A stretch of DNA of 40,547 nt. Origin: a virus. The notes under the pieces were generated by a model, which saw only the letters and a program-made list of their open reading frames with translations, ran no database searches and was not told the DNA's origin. Position numbers and translations under genes: made by a program. The DNA lies in IMG/VR virus record IMGVR_UViG_3300021083_000286, positions 1-40,547 of that record. One strand, written 5' to 3'. Of the stretch, positions 21,911 to 31,379 are shown in pieces; within the stretch, counting starts at the first letter, position 1, and every line of letters starts with the position of its first letter.

Positions 21911-23859
21911 TATTTACTTTCCTTTCGTTTGGATACAGCTGGAGTGAGCATTTTCACAATGGCATCGTTTAATAATTTTGTATTACCGGTTTGAGATGAT
22001 TGACCTTTGAGCATACTGCTTACAAGAGCTTCCCGAACCTTTTCAGATGTTAGAAATTTATTCGTTATACGGCCTGTAGCTACTGCTCCAGCGCCTAATA
22101 ATGGATTAAATATACTTGCAGCTGCTGTGGGACCATATGTTTTTATGGCTTCCATGGCCTGATTTCTGAAACCTGTCTTAGGGTTGTACATTTGATTAAA
22201 AGCTTCTGGATTCATTCTTGCCAGATTAGAAAGTTGATCCATTTGATTCCGTAAAGTTGCATTCGGAATAAGTTCTTCAATTTGATTCTTGCCAAGCTTC
22301 CCAAGAACTTTAGTAATATTTTGTGCGCTAGCATTTCCTTCGGCATCAGAGAATATCGCAAATCTCAATTTGTCCATCGTTTCTTCATCTAAATGATTGG
22401 TCAGCTGCTTTAGTCTTTTAACTCTATCTTGTTTTGGACCATGTTTAACAAAAGTAGCAATGATATTTTCAGACTGGGTTAGGTTCGGATCGTCAACAAA
22501 CTTTTTAATACTTCTATCATTGAGAGGAACTACATTTTTCTTGTAATATTCTTTAGCTTCTCTGCCGAGATCTTTGAGTTCTGTATTACCACTTTCTTCA
22601 ATTGCTTGATCTATGTCTCTGCTAACTGCTTTGTTCAATGCAGTATATTGACCAGATGTATGTCTTTCTCCAGCCATCAGTTTCTTCCATGCATCATCTC
22701 CCAATTCTCCTCTAAGCAAGCTAAGACTTTCCAGGCTTTCAGGAGCAGCATTAGAATAAAACTCTAAATCAGCTATTAATGCGGGATCTTGTTTTCTGGA
22801 CAATGCAGGACTCTTCCTAAGCTTTTGCAAGATATCCGACGATGTTTGGGATAAATTGGATGTGCTGACATTGATTCCCATGGAATCAGCCAGATCATTA
22901 ATGGCTTTATAGTTTTTACCAGATTGTCCGCGGATGCTTCTTGCAGACTTTTGTAATTGACTTTGTATGTCTTCGGCGATATCAGAATTCTCTAGACTTC
23001 TTCCACCTGATAATCCTTCTAAATTCCCGGCAGCGCGTCTTTCAATTTCTGCGGCTGTTCTTGATTGAGAACCTTTGGCACCTGAACCAGGAAGGTAAGG
23101 CAATATGTTTTCTGATAGATCTCTAAGAAAAGTATCTTCAGTTACTCTTCCCAAGCTTGTTTCTGTTCCACGTGCTGCTTCTAAATTCCTGGCCAGATCT
23201 TCATTTGAAATCTTTCCCCTGAATCCTTGTGCAATATTGGATGGTCTCATGGATGCTATTCCTGCACCAGCCGCACCACCTATACCACCCCCGAGCAATC
23301 CAGATATAGCACTATTCATTAATCTGCTTTCATCTTCGCCTTCATATTGCAAACCACCCATCAAAGCAGATTCAGCAGCTCCATATTTGGCGCCAGTTTT
23401 CCCAGCCTGTGCAATAGCACCTAAATATCCAGCGCCTTTAATAGGAGCCTGAATTGCCCCCCCTGGCATACCTAATCCACCTAAGAGTACATCAGAACCA
23501 ATAGAGCCAGCTAATGTAGATTTTGGATTGACTGCCAAACTGGCTTCATATTCTTGTCTATTAGCCATGGCGCGTCTATCCAAGTTTTCTTTATATTGTT
23601 GTCTATTTTCTTGGAATGGTTGATATTCTTCTGCCATGTCTGGTGCATACATGCCTAATGTTGGATTCATTTTAGACAACATTTGTGCTAATTGCTCTAT
23701 ACCATGTCCATATCCTTTTAAATTGGTTTTAGCGCCTATTCCAGCTGATTGAATATAGCTCGGATTGTTTTGTTCAATAGGTTCAAATTCATCCCAATTG
23801 AAATTATTGGAATTTGTTGGTTCTGATTTTACTTCTTCAAATTGATCCCAATCAAACAC
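21910..23859 (-). CDS. internal virion / DNA-ejection protein (649 aa)
   Basis: Position equivalent to the P22/T7 ejection proteins; Gly-zipper segments (GGLGMPGGAIQAP..., GLLGGGIGGAAGAGIA) next to long charged helical regions. Confidence 0.5.
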   Translation of the reverse strand: MFDWDQFEEVKSEPTNSNNFNWDEFEPIEQNNPSYIQSAGIGAKTNLKGYGHGIEQLAQMLSKMNPTLGMYAPDMAEEYQPFQENRQQYKENLDRRAMANRQEYEASLAVNPKSTLAGSIGSDVLLGGLGMPGGAIQAPIKGAGYLGAIAQAGKTGAKYGAAESALMGGLQYEGEDESRLMNSAISGLLGGGIGGAAGAGIASMRPSNIAQGFRGKISNEDLARNLEAARGTETSLGRVTEDTFLRDLSENILPYLPGSGAKGSQSRTAAEIERRAAGNLEGLSGGRSLENSDIAEDIQSQLQKSARSIRGQSGKNYKAINDLADSMGINVSTSNLSQTSSDILQKLRKSPALSRKQDPALIADLEFYSNAAPESLESLSLLRGELGDDAWKKLMAGERHTSGQYTALNKAVSRDIDQAIEESGNTELKDLGREAKEYYKKNVVPLNDRSIKKFVDDPNLTQSENIIATFVKHGPKQDRVKRLKQLTNHLDEETMDKLRFAIFSDAEGNASAQNITKVLGKLGKNQIEELIPNATLRNQMDQLSNLARMNPEAFNQMYNPKTGFRNQAMEAIKTYGPTAAASIFNPLLGAGAVATGRITNKFLTSEKVREALVSSMLKGQSSQTGNTKLLNDAIVKMLTPAVSKRKESK

Positions 23860-24925
23860 GCTTGCCTCCTGCTTTTATGGCATCTTGAACCCTATCTTCT
23901 GGGACAGATACTACCTTTCCGTTAGGAGCTTGGATTTTCACGAATGACGATCCTTCACGTTTTGCCGTTTTTGGCATATCAACTTTTATCTCATAGGTTG
24001 GATCTTTCAATACTCTCGCAGCATTCTCCGGCACATAGAAATCTTTCCATGATGAATAATCTAGAACAGGATTCTTTTTTCCTTCTTTTAATGAAGGACG
24101 AGAATAATTATAACTAGACCAGAGTTGATTAGTTTGTGTAGGTGAGTAACCTTGGGCCAAACCATATCTTTTGAATTGCTCTTCTTCAGCTTCCCTCTGC
24201 ATAACGGCAGAAAGATTGTTAGATATTGCATCAAAAGATTTCTCATCCAAAAGAGCGCTTGGCAGTCGTTTAGACATTTGTTCATAATCTTGAATATTAA
24301 TATGACCTTTTTGCAATGCTTTTAACATGGATGCTTGCAAAGTCCCAACGTTTTTTTCGAGAATCTGAGCATCAGCACTTTTAAATGCACCCCCAAAAAC
24401 GTTTTGTTTCTGTCCAGCTACTGGGCCTTTCCAATCAAGATTGTCATAGGCTTTTTTAGCTTCAGCTAGCGATGATAATCCAATCTGCGCATCCCTAGTC
24501 TGATCGGGAAGTTCTGTATTTATTTGCTTTCCTAATTCCTGTTCATTTAAGCTTTGTCGTTCATATGCAGCTCTTTCCCAGGGAGGAATTGAAGCCCATT
24601 GAGCCATGGCCTGCTTGTATGCAATGTCATTTCGAGTTATTTGAGGCTCCAATGCAGCCATTTCCCCATAATATGGAGCTTGCGCACCTGATTTCTGAAC
24701 TTTATATTTATTAAGTTGATTAGTGAGTTCAGAATTTAATAAATCTTGCTGAGCCATTTGTCCCGCATATGGAACTTTTGCCTGATTCAATTCATTCTCA
24801 ATTCTTTGTCCTCTTCCCTGAGTCAATCCTTTATAGGTTCCAAGCGCGGCTTCCAGCGCTGTCTGCATTGGATTATAAGGCGCAAAATGTAAATTAGGTA
24901 TTGGTCCAGCCATTATCTCATCCAT
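23852..24925 (-). CDS. internal virion / ejection protein (357 aa)
   Basis: Synteny only; Gln/Ala-rich and helical. Confidence 0.4.
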   Translation of the reverse strand: MDEIMAGPIPNLHFAPYNPMQTALEAALGTYKGLTQGRGQRIENELNQAKVPYAGQMAQQDLLNSELTNQLNKYKVQKSGAQAPYYGEMAALEPQITRNDIAYKQAMAQWASIPPWERAAYERQSLNEQELGKQINTELPDQTRDAQIGLSSLAEAKKAYDNLDWKGPVAGQKQNVFGGAFKSADAQILEKNVGTLQASMLKALQKGHINIQDYEQMSKRLPSALLDEKSFDAISNNLSAVMQREAEEEQFKRYGLAQGYSPTQTNQLWSSYNYSRPSLKEGKKNPVLDYSSWKDFYVPENAARVLKDPTYEIKVDMPKTAKREGSSFVKIQAPNGKVVSVPEDRVQDAIKAGGKRV

Positions 24926-25605
24926 CCATTCTTGCCGTAATTGCCCCAGTCATAATTTATCTGGCTGGAAGGCGCTTGTGGCGTTTGTCCCATACCATTA
25001 GTCAAAGCATCCGCAGCCATTCCACCCATTGGGCCGCCCAAGGCATATCCAGCAGCAGTTAGACCAGCTCCCAAAACACTACCAAACATATTATTTTGAC
25101 TTTGAACATTTCCGTAAGCCAAATCAGCTTGATTTCCGTAAACATTACCCAATCCTGAGGCCAACTGATTAGTAGCATCAAATCCAGTATCAAATAATCC
25201 CTGAGTACCGGTTAAACCTTGATTAAATAGATTCTGATTTCGGTTGTAATAATTACCATAATCTTGATTAGCCAGACCCTGTGCAATCTTCTGCGCTTCA
25301 GTTTGATGCTGATTAGTACCCAACATACCACCCCGCGCGGAAGCCATATCAGCCGCATTCAAGCCCTCTTGGAGCTGATATTGATAGCCTGGCGACTCTT
25401 GGAAACCTTGCCCTAGCATGGCTTGCATTGCCGCAGGATTGCTTAGAAGCTGTGAATATTGTTCTTGTAATGTTGGCATAGCCTCCAATCCGGCATTTCT
25501 ATAGGGATCGTATTGTTCATGCAGCATGGGCTCCATCTGATCTAAATAACCATGGACATCATCCATGTCTTCTTCACCCCAGCTAAACGGGTTATACCAT
25601 GACAT
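24913..25605 (-). CDS. internal virion protein, Gly/Gln/Asn-rich (230 aa)
   Basis: SPGYQYQLQEGLNA...ARGGMLG motif recalled from podovirus internal/injection proteins; C-terminal Gly-rich hydrophobic stretch. Confidence 0.45.
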   Translation of the reverse strand: MSWYNPFSWGEEDMDDVHGYLDQMEPMLHEQYDPYRNAGLEAMPTLQEQYSQLLSNPAAMQAMLGQGFQESPGYQYQLQEGLNAADMASARGGMLGTNQHQTEAQKIAQGLANQDYGNYYNRNQNLFNQGLTGTQGLFDTGFDATNQLASGLGNVYGNQADLAYGNVQSQNNMFGSVLGAGLTAAGYALGGPMGGMAADALTNGMGQTPQAPSSQINYDWGNYGKNGWMR

Positions 25606-25615
25606 AACTTCTCTC

Positions 25616-25921
25616 CTATACCGGCGTCAATGTGAATTTATACAGAACGCCATTGATAAAAATATTCGCAGAATCTGGGTCATTCAAAGTAAAGTTGTAA
25701 AACATATTTGAATTCGATTTGGCAGCTTGTTCTGGTCCCATTGCAGCAATACCCTGTAACTCAGTAATTTGACTCTGTGTCAGCTGAGGAAGCTTATAAC
25801 CCTCATTAGACACATTTAATTGTAGCTCAGTTAATAGCTGCGTCATAATATTTGCCCATTCAGGGGTCAGATTTCCATTCTTGTCAGCTATAGGAGTCTG
25901 TATAAAGTTAGGAATATTCAT
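25616..25921 (-). CDS. hypothetical virion protein (101 aa)
   Basis: Synteny only (directly after the nozzle gene, stop/start overlap). Confidence 0.4.
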   Translation of the reverse strand: MNIPNFIQTPIADKNGNLTPEWANIMTQLLTELQLNVSNEGYKLPQLTQSQITELQGIAAMGPEQAAKSNSNMFYNFTLNDPDSANIFINGVLYKFTLTPV

Positions 25922-27573
25922 TAAGCACTCTCCTGCTGTATAGGTCTAGCCTCGAATACGCCATCAGATACGGTGACACGTGTCTTGCTCCAGAATCTGA
26001 ATTGGCATACCAAATCATTGACCGCACCCATCCGATAGAAAATCATGCGATTCTTACGGTTCCCTTGTGGATTCATGAATTTTGTAATGAAGCTACCGAA
26101 TGTCTGTCCACCATCTTTAGATATAGCCATATCAACTCTGGGGACATAGGGCTGCAATACTGCTTCAGTAGATAAAAACTCTCCCACATAACCTGCGGGC
26201 TGTTCTTCTGAGAGGACTACACCACCCTCGGTTGTTATGTAGAAGAGTGAACTTTCTTGATAAAATGGATCTACACCTTGCTCAATCGTAAACGTCAAAG
26301 CACCACCCACAAATCTACTACTATCAACTTGCCTAAAATGATTGCAATAACGAACCCTGGGGATCTCATATACACCACTAATAGGTAAATTTCCTGGAGG
26401 GACACTAGGTATAGTGTAATCATACTGCGTGAACTGCGAGTCAAGCTGATATATTGCCCCATCAGTTCTTAAGCTTGTGAAGTAATAAGTGTTGTTATAA
26501 AAGGCTACAGCTTCCGCAATATGGAAGTTCATATTCTCATCGGTAACATAAAAGAACTTTTGAGTATTAAAGTCATATATTAAAGAAAAGTTATCTACAG
26601 GATTAAAGAATGTTATTTGATAGAAGACATGGCCATCAATCTTATAGAAGAAGGCATAGGAATCTTGTGGAAATTCGACCGCAGCCAATCTGAAGTCAAT
26701 GCCATCAGTAGATAAATGTTGAAAAGACCCGCCAGATGAAATCATGATGATTGGGCCTGATTTCTCATTAATGCCAAGCCATGCTACATATTCATCCATA
26801 GCAGCGATGGTGGTTGAGCTCACACAGCCATAATCGATAGACACTGAGTTACTGCGCTGATAAGGGAATAGTTGGTTACCGTTGTCATACCATATTTCCG
26901 TGACCGTATTCCCAAATACGTAGACTAGGTTTCCCTTACCAGGCGCACGTAACACGGCTACAGCGTTTGTTGGTTTTGTCTGAATAGATGCAAAGACCGA
27001 TACCCCTCCAGCTCCCCAAAGCCAATTAAGGCCATTGTTGGGCTGTGATAAGAACCAATTAGCAGATTCCTTATTAGGGACAATAAAATATCCATCATGA
27101 TATGTGACATAGGAAGGGACAACCATCAAACCAGTTTCTTGGTCTATTGGAAGCACTGCTATTTGTGCTGACAAAGTTTCCCAATTATAAATCCATAAAT
27201 TCAATCCATCGCATATTGCTATTTGATTTGCTATGTTCTCATCGATTGATATGTCACCTGTGAATGTGTCGAGTGTAAAAATAGCTTCTGCATTTAATGA
27301 TCCGATTGGCCCTGAAACTCTAAATACAGTGTTGGCTATGATGACTATCATGAAGCCACCACGAGCACTCGAATAGATACTCCGCCCCACATTTCCATCG
27401 AGCAAAGTTAATGCTTTCTTGTAACCGGGAGTTTGTACCAACCAATTATCAGAAATCATCATATTGTAGGTTTGTTCTGTATCTATCTTTGGGTTTCTGC
27501 CAAACGTGTTGCTTCCCACTATCTTGAGCGTTGCATCTGATTTAAGCTCTTGCTGGGATGGAAACATTATCAA
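25921..27573 (-). CDS. tail nozzle/hub protein (T7 gp12 / P22 gp10 position)
   Basis: 550 aa; second gene after the coat gene; repetitive beta-rich sequence consistent with a propeller-type nozzle; synteny-based call. Confidence 0.5.
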   Translation of the reverse strand: MIMFPSQQELKSDATLKIVGSNTFGRNPKIDTEQTYNMMISDNWLVQTPGYKKALTLLDGNVGRSIYSSARGGFMIVIIANTVFRVSGPIGSLNAEAIFTLDTFTGDISIDENIANQIAICDGLNLWIYNWETLSAQIAVLPIDQETGLMVVPSYVTYHDGYFIVPNKESANWFLSQPNNGLNWLWGAGGVSVFASIQTKPTNAVAVLRAPGKGNLVYVFGNTVTEIWYDNGNQLFPYQRSNSVSIDYGCVSSTTIAAMDEYVAWLGINEKSGPIIMISSGGSFQHLSTDGIDFRLAAVEFPQDSYAFFYKIDGHVFYQITFFNPVDNFSLIYDFNTQKFFYVTDENMNFHIAEAVAFYNNTYYFTSLRTDGAIYQLDSQFTQYDYTIPSVPPGNLPISGVYEIPRVRYCNHFRQVDSSRFVGGALTFTIEQGVDPFYQESSLFYITTEGGVVLSEEQPAGYVGEFLSTEAVLQPYVPRVDMAISKDGGQTFGSFITKFMNPQGNRKNRMIFYRMGAVNDLVCQFRFWSKTRVTVSDGVFEARPIQQESA

Positions 27574-27580
27574 TCCTCAA

Positions 27581-28306
27581 TTAGGGAATAGAAGTAAAAC
27601 CATGCCCAATATTTGCATCAGCATATTGAATGCCTGTATGTTGGGTGAAATATTCCATCTTGCGCATGGTTAAATCCATAGGGCTTGTATCTCTGATGTG
27701 GTTCTCGAATGCCTGAAGTTGTTTATAAACAAAGGGCGGAGGCACAACTTGGTACCATTCACAGAGATATTCAGCCAAACCATACATGATGTAATCAATA
27801 TAGAATTGGTCGTAAATTAACGATAAATCTTGGTTTAATACTGTGCTCATTAATGAGAATTTTGCGCTCATTATGAATGCATAGTTATCTAATGGTGCGT
27901 AATAGATATATACATTTGCCCCGCCATATACGCGTTCCATATGCCATTGGTAGGGGAGTGTTTGAATATTTTCAACACGGCCAGCACCGAATTGGACTTG
28001 GCGTGTAACTTCTACCATGGGGAAACGTACTGGATCTCCAGAATTCGGTTGATTCAAGAAGAAAGCTAGCGTTTCAACATGAGTCAGATTTGGGAAGAAA
28101 TATTGTTGTTGTCCGGCTATAAAGTTTCCATTAACTACTTGGTAATAGGGAATGAGCCCGGTATCTGCGGATTTCATAGCTAGGAAGCTATTCAATCTGA
28201 ATAATCCATCATTTAATTGTTCGTTGGTAACTGTTTCCAGTCCACGAGAAACAATGCCTGACAAATAATAGGCATTGGTGATCAACATCTGAGATGTATA
28301 AGGCAT
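27581..28306 (-). CDS. head-to-tail adaptor (T7 gp11 / tail tubular protein A-like)
   Basis: AGGAGG 4 nt upstream of ATG 28306 (the track ORF extends to 28351); immediately downstream of the coat gene; N-terminal pattern LITNAYYLSGIV...LNDGLFRLNSFL resembles gp11-type adaptors. Confidence 0.55.
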   Translation of the reverse strand: MPYTSQMLITNAYYLSGIVSRGLETVTNEQLNDGLFRLNSFLAMKSADTGLIPYYQVVNGNFIAGQQQYFFPNLTHVETLAFFLNQPNSGDPVRFPMVEVTRQVQFGAGRVENIQTLPYQWHMERVYGGANVYIYYAPLDNYAFIMSAKFSLMSTVLNQDLSLIYDQFYIDYIMYGLAEYLCEWYQVVPPPFVYKQLQAFENHIRDTSPMDLTMRKMEYFTQHTGIQYADANIGHGFTSIP

Positions 28307-28325
28307 ATTTCCTCCTATAAGGAAG

Positions 28326-28349
28326 GGGCTCAGCATGCAGGCTAAGCCC
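28326..28349 (-). terminator. 9-bp stem-loop (GGGCUUAGC-CUGCAU-GCUGAGCCC in the minus-strand RNA) just after the coat gene; attenuator or RNA-stabilising hairpin
   Basis: Read directly; weak U tract (CUUCCUUAU); position analogous to the post-capsid terminator of T7-like phages. Confidence 0.35.
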
Positions 28350-28365
28350 AAACCCTATAACCCCA

Positions 28366-29613
28366 TTAAACGGGGAATGCGATCTGCATCAAATATTCAC
28401 CAGGAGCTGTTTTACCCCAGATGACGTCATTGACATAGCATAATTGGTTTTGTCCAAGTACCGCACCGTAGGTCAGACGCAATGAAACGCCGGTATCGGC
28501 ATCCATTTCGTTACCTGTATAGAACGGAGATTGGTCAGGCAATCTTGGCATAGCCAAGTACAATGCATCGCCACCAACAATCAAACCGCAACGATGGTCA
28601 GGCAATACTTTCAATTGCATGCCAGCTACCACGTTGAACGAGATGTTTTGGTTTGCATTGCCAACAGTTGCGCACAACGGAGGATTGATGTTAACAACTA
28701 CCAAACCGCCGCCATCAGAAGCATCATCAGCAGTCGCTTGAATTTGCACTTGCAGAGTAGTAGGTTTATGACCAATGAACGTCAAATAACGCATGTTAGG
28801 CTGACCTGTTACACCATCAATGAAATATAGATTGTCATATTGCTTGATTGCATTTGGATCACTTGCAGTTGCACCAGACATAGTTAGTTGCGTAATATTG
28901 TTACCCGTTGGATCGTTAGTCGAAACAACCGTTAAAGTTTGGCCAAGATTACCAACAGTACCTGCGAAATGAGTAGGCAATAGGTTAGATTGATAGAAGC
29001 TTACGCCCATCCAATCACCCACCAACCAGCTATTAGCCATTTCTTCGTTACGATCTAAAACGAATTGATTTAGACCTGAGTTAACGATTTGTGGAACAGC
29101 GATATCTGATAGGTAAACCTTAATTTGATCTTTAGTCACACCGTAGGTGCGGAATTGAGCCAACATATTTGCCAATTGACCAAAGCTGTTGATTTGAGTT
29201 ACGCCATCACCGAAGAAGCGATAAGGTTGTGTTTCTGCTAAACCAGCAACATCAGATTCAACTTCTGTAGCCAATTCCATAACAGCGCCTTTACCAACGC
29301 GCATCATATAGTCTTCTACGTTGAAGATCATTTGTTGCGAGGTGTAAGCGTAGGAAGTATTTTGAGCTTGGTTCACAGTCAAAGATTGAAGTCTTTGTTG
29401 TGTGGGTTGGTAATTAACAACCAGGCCTTGTTGGCTAACGAAGCGAGGTGGTAATTCGAAGTTTACTGTATCACCCAAATTGCCGACCATGTTTTCGAAG
29501 TTTTGGAACTTCTTGTTCGACGTATGGATAAAACAACCGAAGTTTCCCAAGAAGGCCAATTGGCTCATTTGGTAGGTCTGCACCTGTTGAAGAATATTAC
29601 TTGGCACTGACAT
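28366..29613 (-). CDS. major capsid protein, P22-coat-like HK97 fold
   Basis: 415 aa; follows the scaffold gene; N-terminal QTYQMSQLAFLGN...FELPPRF and overall layout resemble the P22_CoatProtein family. Confidence 0.8.
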   Translation of the reverse strand: MSVPSNILQQVQTYQMSQLAFLGNFGCFIHTSNKKFQNFENMVGNLGDTVNFELPPRFVSQQGLVVNYQPTQQRLQSLTVNQAQNTSYAYTSQQMIFNVEDYMMRVGKGAVMELATEVESDVAGLAETQPYRFFGDGVTQINSFGQLANMLAQFRTYGVTKDQIKVYLSDIAVPQIVNSGLNQFVLDRNEEMANSWLVGDWMGVSFYQSNLLPTHFAGTVGNLGQTLTVVSTNDPTGNNITQLTMSGATASDPNAIKQYDNLYFIDGVTGQPNMRYLTFIGHKPTTLQVQIQATADDASDGGGLVVVNINPPLCATVGNANQNISFNVVAGMQLKVLPDHRCGLIVGGDALYLAMPRLPDQSPFYTGNEMDADTGVSLRLTYGAVLGQNQLCYVNDVIWGKTAPGEYLMQIAFPV

Positions 29614-29673
29614 ATATAGGCTCCATCAACTAAGTTGTATAGTTGATAATGAAGCCATAATCAGTTTTTTAGA

Positions 29674-30360
29674 TTAACCTCTAGCCCATGGTTGGCGCTT
29701 GAAGTCTTTCAATGTATTACCGGGCCCATTATCAACGATTCCTGTTGAAGGTTTCATCTGACTTAAGGGCTTCCGTGTATTAACATTTGATACCGCGTCT
29801 TTATTTGAATCGATAGACTTAGAAAACTTCTGCATCTCGATGCGAGCAAGATGCGGATATTCTTTGGCCAATGCTTTCAAAGCCGGAATCTTATAGGGAT
29901 TTTGCGCTAAGTCATACATGATGTCAGCGGTATTGCCTACACTATTCGCGAGCTGCACTATTTCAGGCATAGTACGGATATCAAGTTTACGGACGGCATC
30001 TTCAAAATCTTCATAAGTATCTTTGCCCAAGTCCATCTTGCTGGCAAATTCACCAACAATACGTTCAGCATCCATTCTCATGAGTTGCTCTTGTTGCACC
30101 TTACTGGATTGCTCTTCGATCATTCGTCGAATTTGCTCTTCAGATAATCCACCACCAGGAGCTGACTGTTGCGTTTGACCTTGTGCGGCTAAAGCTTCGC
30201 GTCTACCTTTTTCAGTAGCTTCAGCTCTAACCCTTCCAACCAAATCATTCACCTCTGATTGTGGCAACATCTTCTCTTGTGGAGCAGATTGCGCCATAAC
30301 AGGCGGTGTTTGAACCATTTCTGGTTGCGCGACAGCATTTTGAAGAATATCTTCAGTCAT
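29674..30360 (-). CDS. scaffolding protein
   Basis: 228 aa; highly charged, Gln/Glu-rich and helical; directly upstream of the coat gene. Confidence 0.6.
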   Translation of the reverse strand: MTEDILQNAVAQPEMVQTPPVMAQSAPQEKMLPQSEVNDLVGRVRAEATEKGRREALAAQGQTQQSAPGGGLSEEQIRRMIEEQSSKVQQEQLMRMDAERIVGEFASKMDLGKDTYEDFEDAVRKLDIRTMPEIVQLANSVGNTADIMYDLAQNPYKIPALKALAKEYPHLARIEMQKFSKSIDSNKDAVSNVNTRKPLSQMKPSTGIVDNGPGNTLKDFKRQPWARG

Positions 30361-30523
30361 AAAACCCTCTCATATCTGACCTTTACCCGGTGTCTCGGTT
30401 AGTGCCGAAGTTGTGGCCTTCGTTGCCAGCTATTAAACCTGATAGCTCAGTACATTAAGAATAGCACTACATATTGTGCTTTGCAAATCAACTAAACACT
30501 ATGAAATCCATATCTTGTATGCA

Positions 30524-30539
30524 TGTTCCACGTGGAACA
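30524..30539. promoter_or_regulatory. perfect 16-bp palindrome TGTTCCACGTGGAACA in the divergent region between the scaffold gene and the reverse cassette
   Basis: Read directly. A TTGATA (30562) - 16 nt - TATTTT promoter-like element follows on the plus strand. Confidence 0.5.
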
Positions 30540-30610
30540 CTACACAACTGTCAAGAAATCCTTGATAGTTCAAACTATGCTAATATTTTGATCCTGAGAG
30601 GAGATTTAAT

Positions 30611-30934
30611 ATGACTGAACATGAAGAGATAATTGCTAGGCATACAAAGATATTATTTGAGAAGCTCATAAAGAAATCAAAGAGCGTTATCGAATCAAAG
30701 GAGTTCGAAAAGCTTGATGGAAGCCATAAGGGTGAGATTCTGATAGAAGCGGCTATGAACATGCTCATATATTTTGTTGGTAATAATGTGATCAAAGACC
30801 ATCAGAATGCTATAGCTACAGCATTGGCTGCTCATCTATTGGAGCAATTTGGGTCGCATGAGATATTGGCTGAAGTGAAAAGAGAGTTCATGAATAAAAT
30901 GCTTCATGATACAAATGTGGAGACGATGAACTAA
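30611..30934 (+). CDS. hypothetical helical protein (107 aa), first gene of the reverse-oriented cassette
   Basis: ORF track; GAGAGGAG RBS before the ATG; the opposite-strand ORF 30580..30795 looks like a shadow ORF. Confidence 0.6.
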   Translation: MTEHEEIIARHTKILFEKLIKKSKSVIESKEFEKLDGSHKGEILIEAAMNMLIYFVGNNVIKDHQNAIATALAAHLLEQFGSHEILAEVKREFMNKMLHDTNVETMN

Positions 30935-31158
30935 TGAGTATCAAAATAACTTACGAAGTGGATAATGAATTCACGAAGGAAGAGCTCCAAAGGACTGCAT
31001 TCGCTGAGTCGTATTACTGCGCATTATTGAATATCAAGAGTTATCTGCTTAATCTGGCATGTGATGAATCAGAATCAGAAGATCACCAAGACTTCTGCCG
31101 TGAAATCATAGCCGAAATTAACGATATGACTGAAGAATTGCCATTTATGCAGCTTTAG
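30934..31158 (+). CDS. strongly acidic small protein (74 aa; 17 Asp/Glu against 5 Lys/Arg)
   Basis: ORF track; TAATG overlap with the upstream gene; charge counted by hand. Confidence 0.6.
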   Translation: MSIKITYEVDNEFTKEELQRTAFAESYYCALLNIKSYLLNLACDESESEDHQDFCREIIAEINDMTEELPFMQL

Positions 31159-31214
31159 TAAGATATATCTGAAAAACAACCATGAACTAACCAAAATAGG
31201 GTGGAATTTCGACC

Positions 31215-31379
31215 ATGTCGATTGGACCAGGATGGTATCCCGAAGAAAGGGGCCAGACTGAAAAAGAATATGACGATATTTGCGTTAACCTGCTTAAACT
31301 GAAATTGCAAGAAGTTTGGGATGCTATAGATGAAAACTGGCGCAGAAAAATGGAAGATAAGTCTTCAGGCAATCTTTGA
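31215..31379 (+). CDS. small hypothetical protein (54 aa, MSIGPGWYPEERGQTEKEYDDICVNLLKLKLQEVWDAIDENWRRKMEDKSSGNL), absent from the ORF track
   Basis: Hand translation; protein-like composition, unlike the overlapping minus-strand ORF 31187..31372; its stop abuts the portal stop; weak RBS. Confidence 0.4.
   Translation: MSIGPGWYPEERGQTEKEYDDICVNLLKLKLQEVWDAIDENWRRKMEDKSSGNL

Noticed and set aside
30580-31372. Minus-strand ORFs 30580..30795 and 31187..31372, which would keep the late operon uninterrupted between portal and scaffold
   Set aside because: Both translate to low-complexity Ser/Phe/Ile-rich sequence without an RBS. The plus-strand alternatives have an RBS, coupled overlaps and normal composition.
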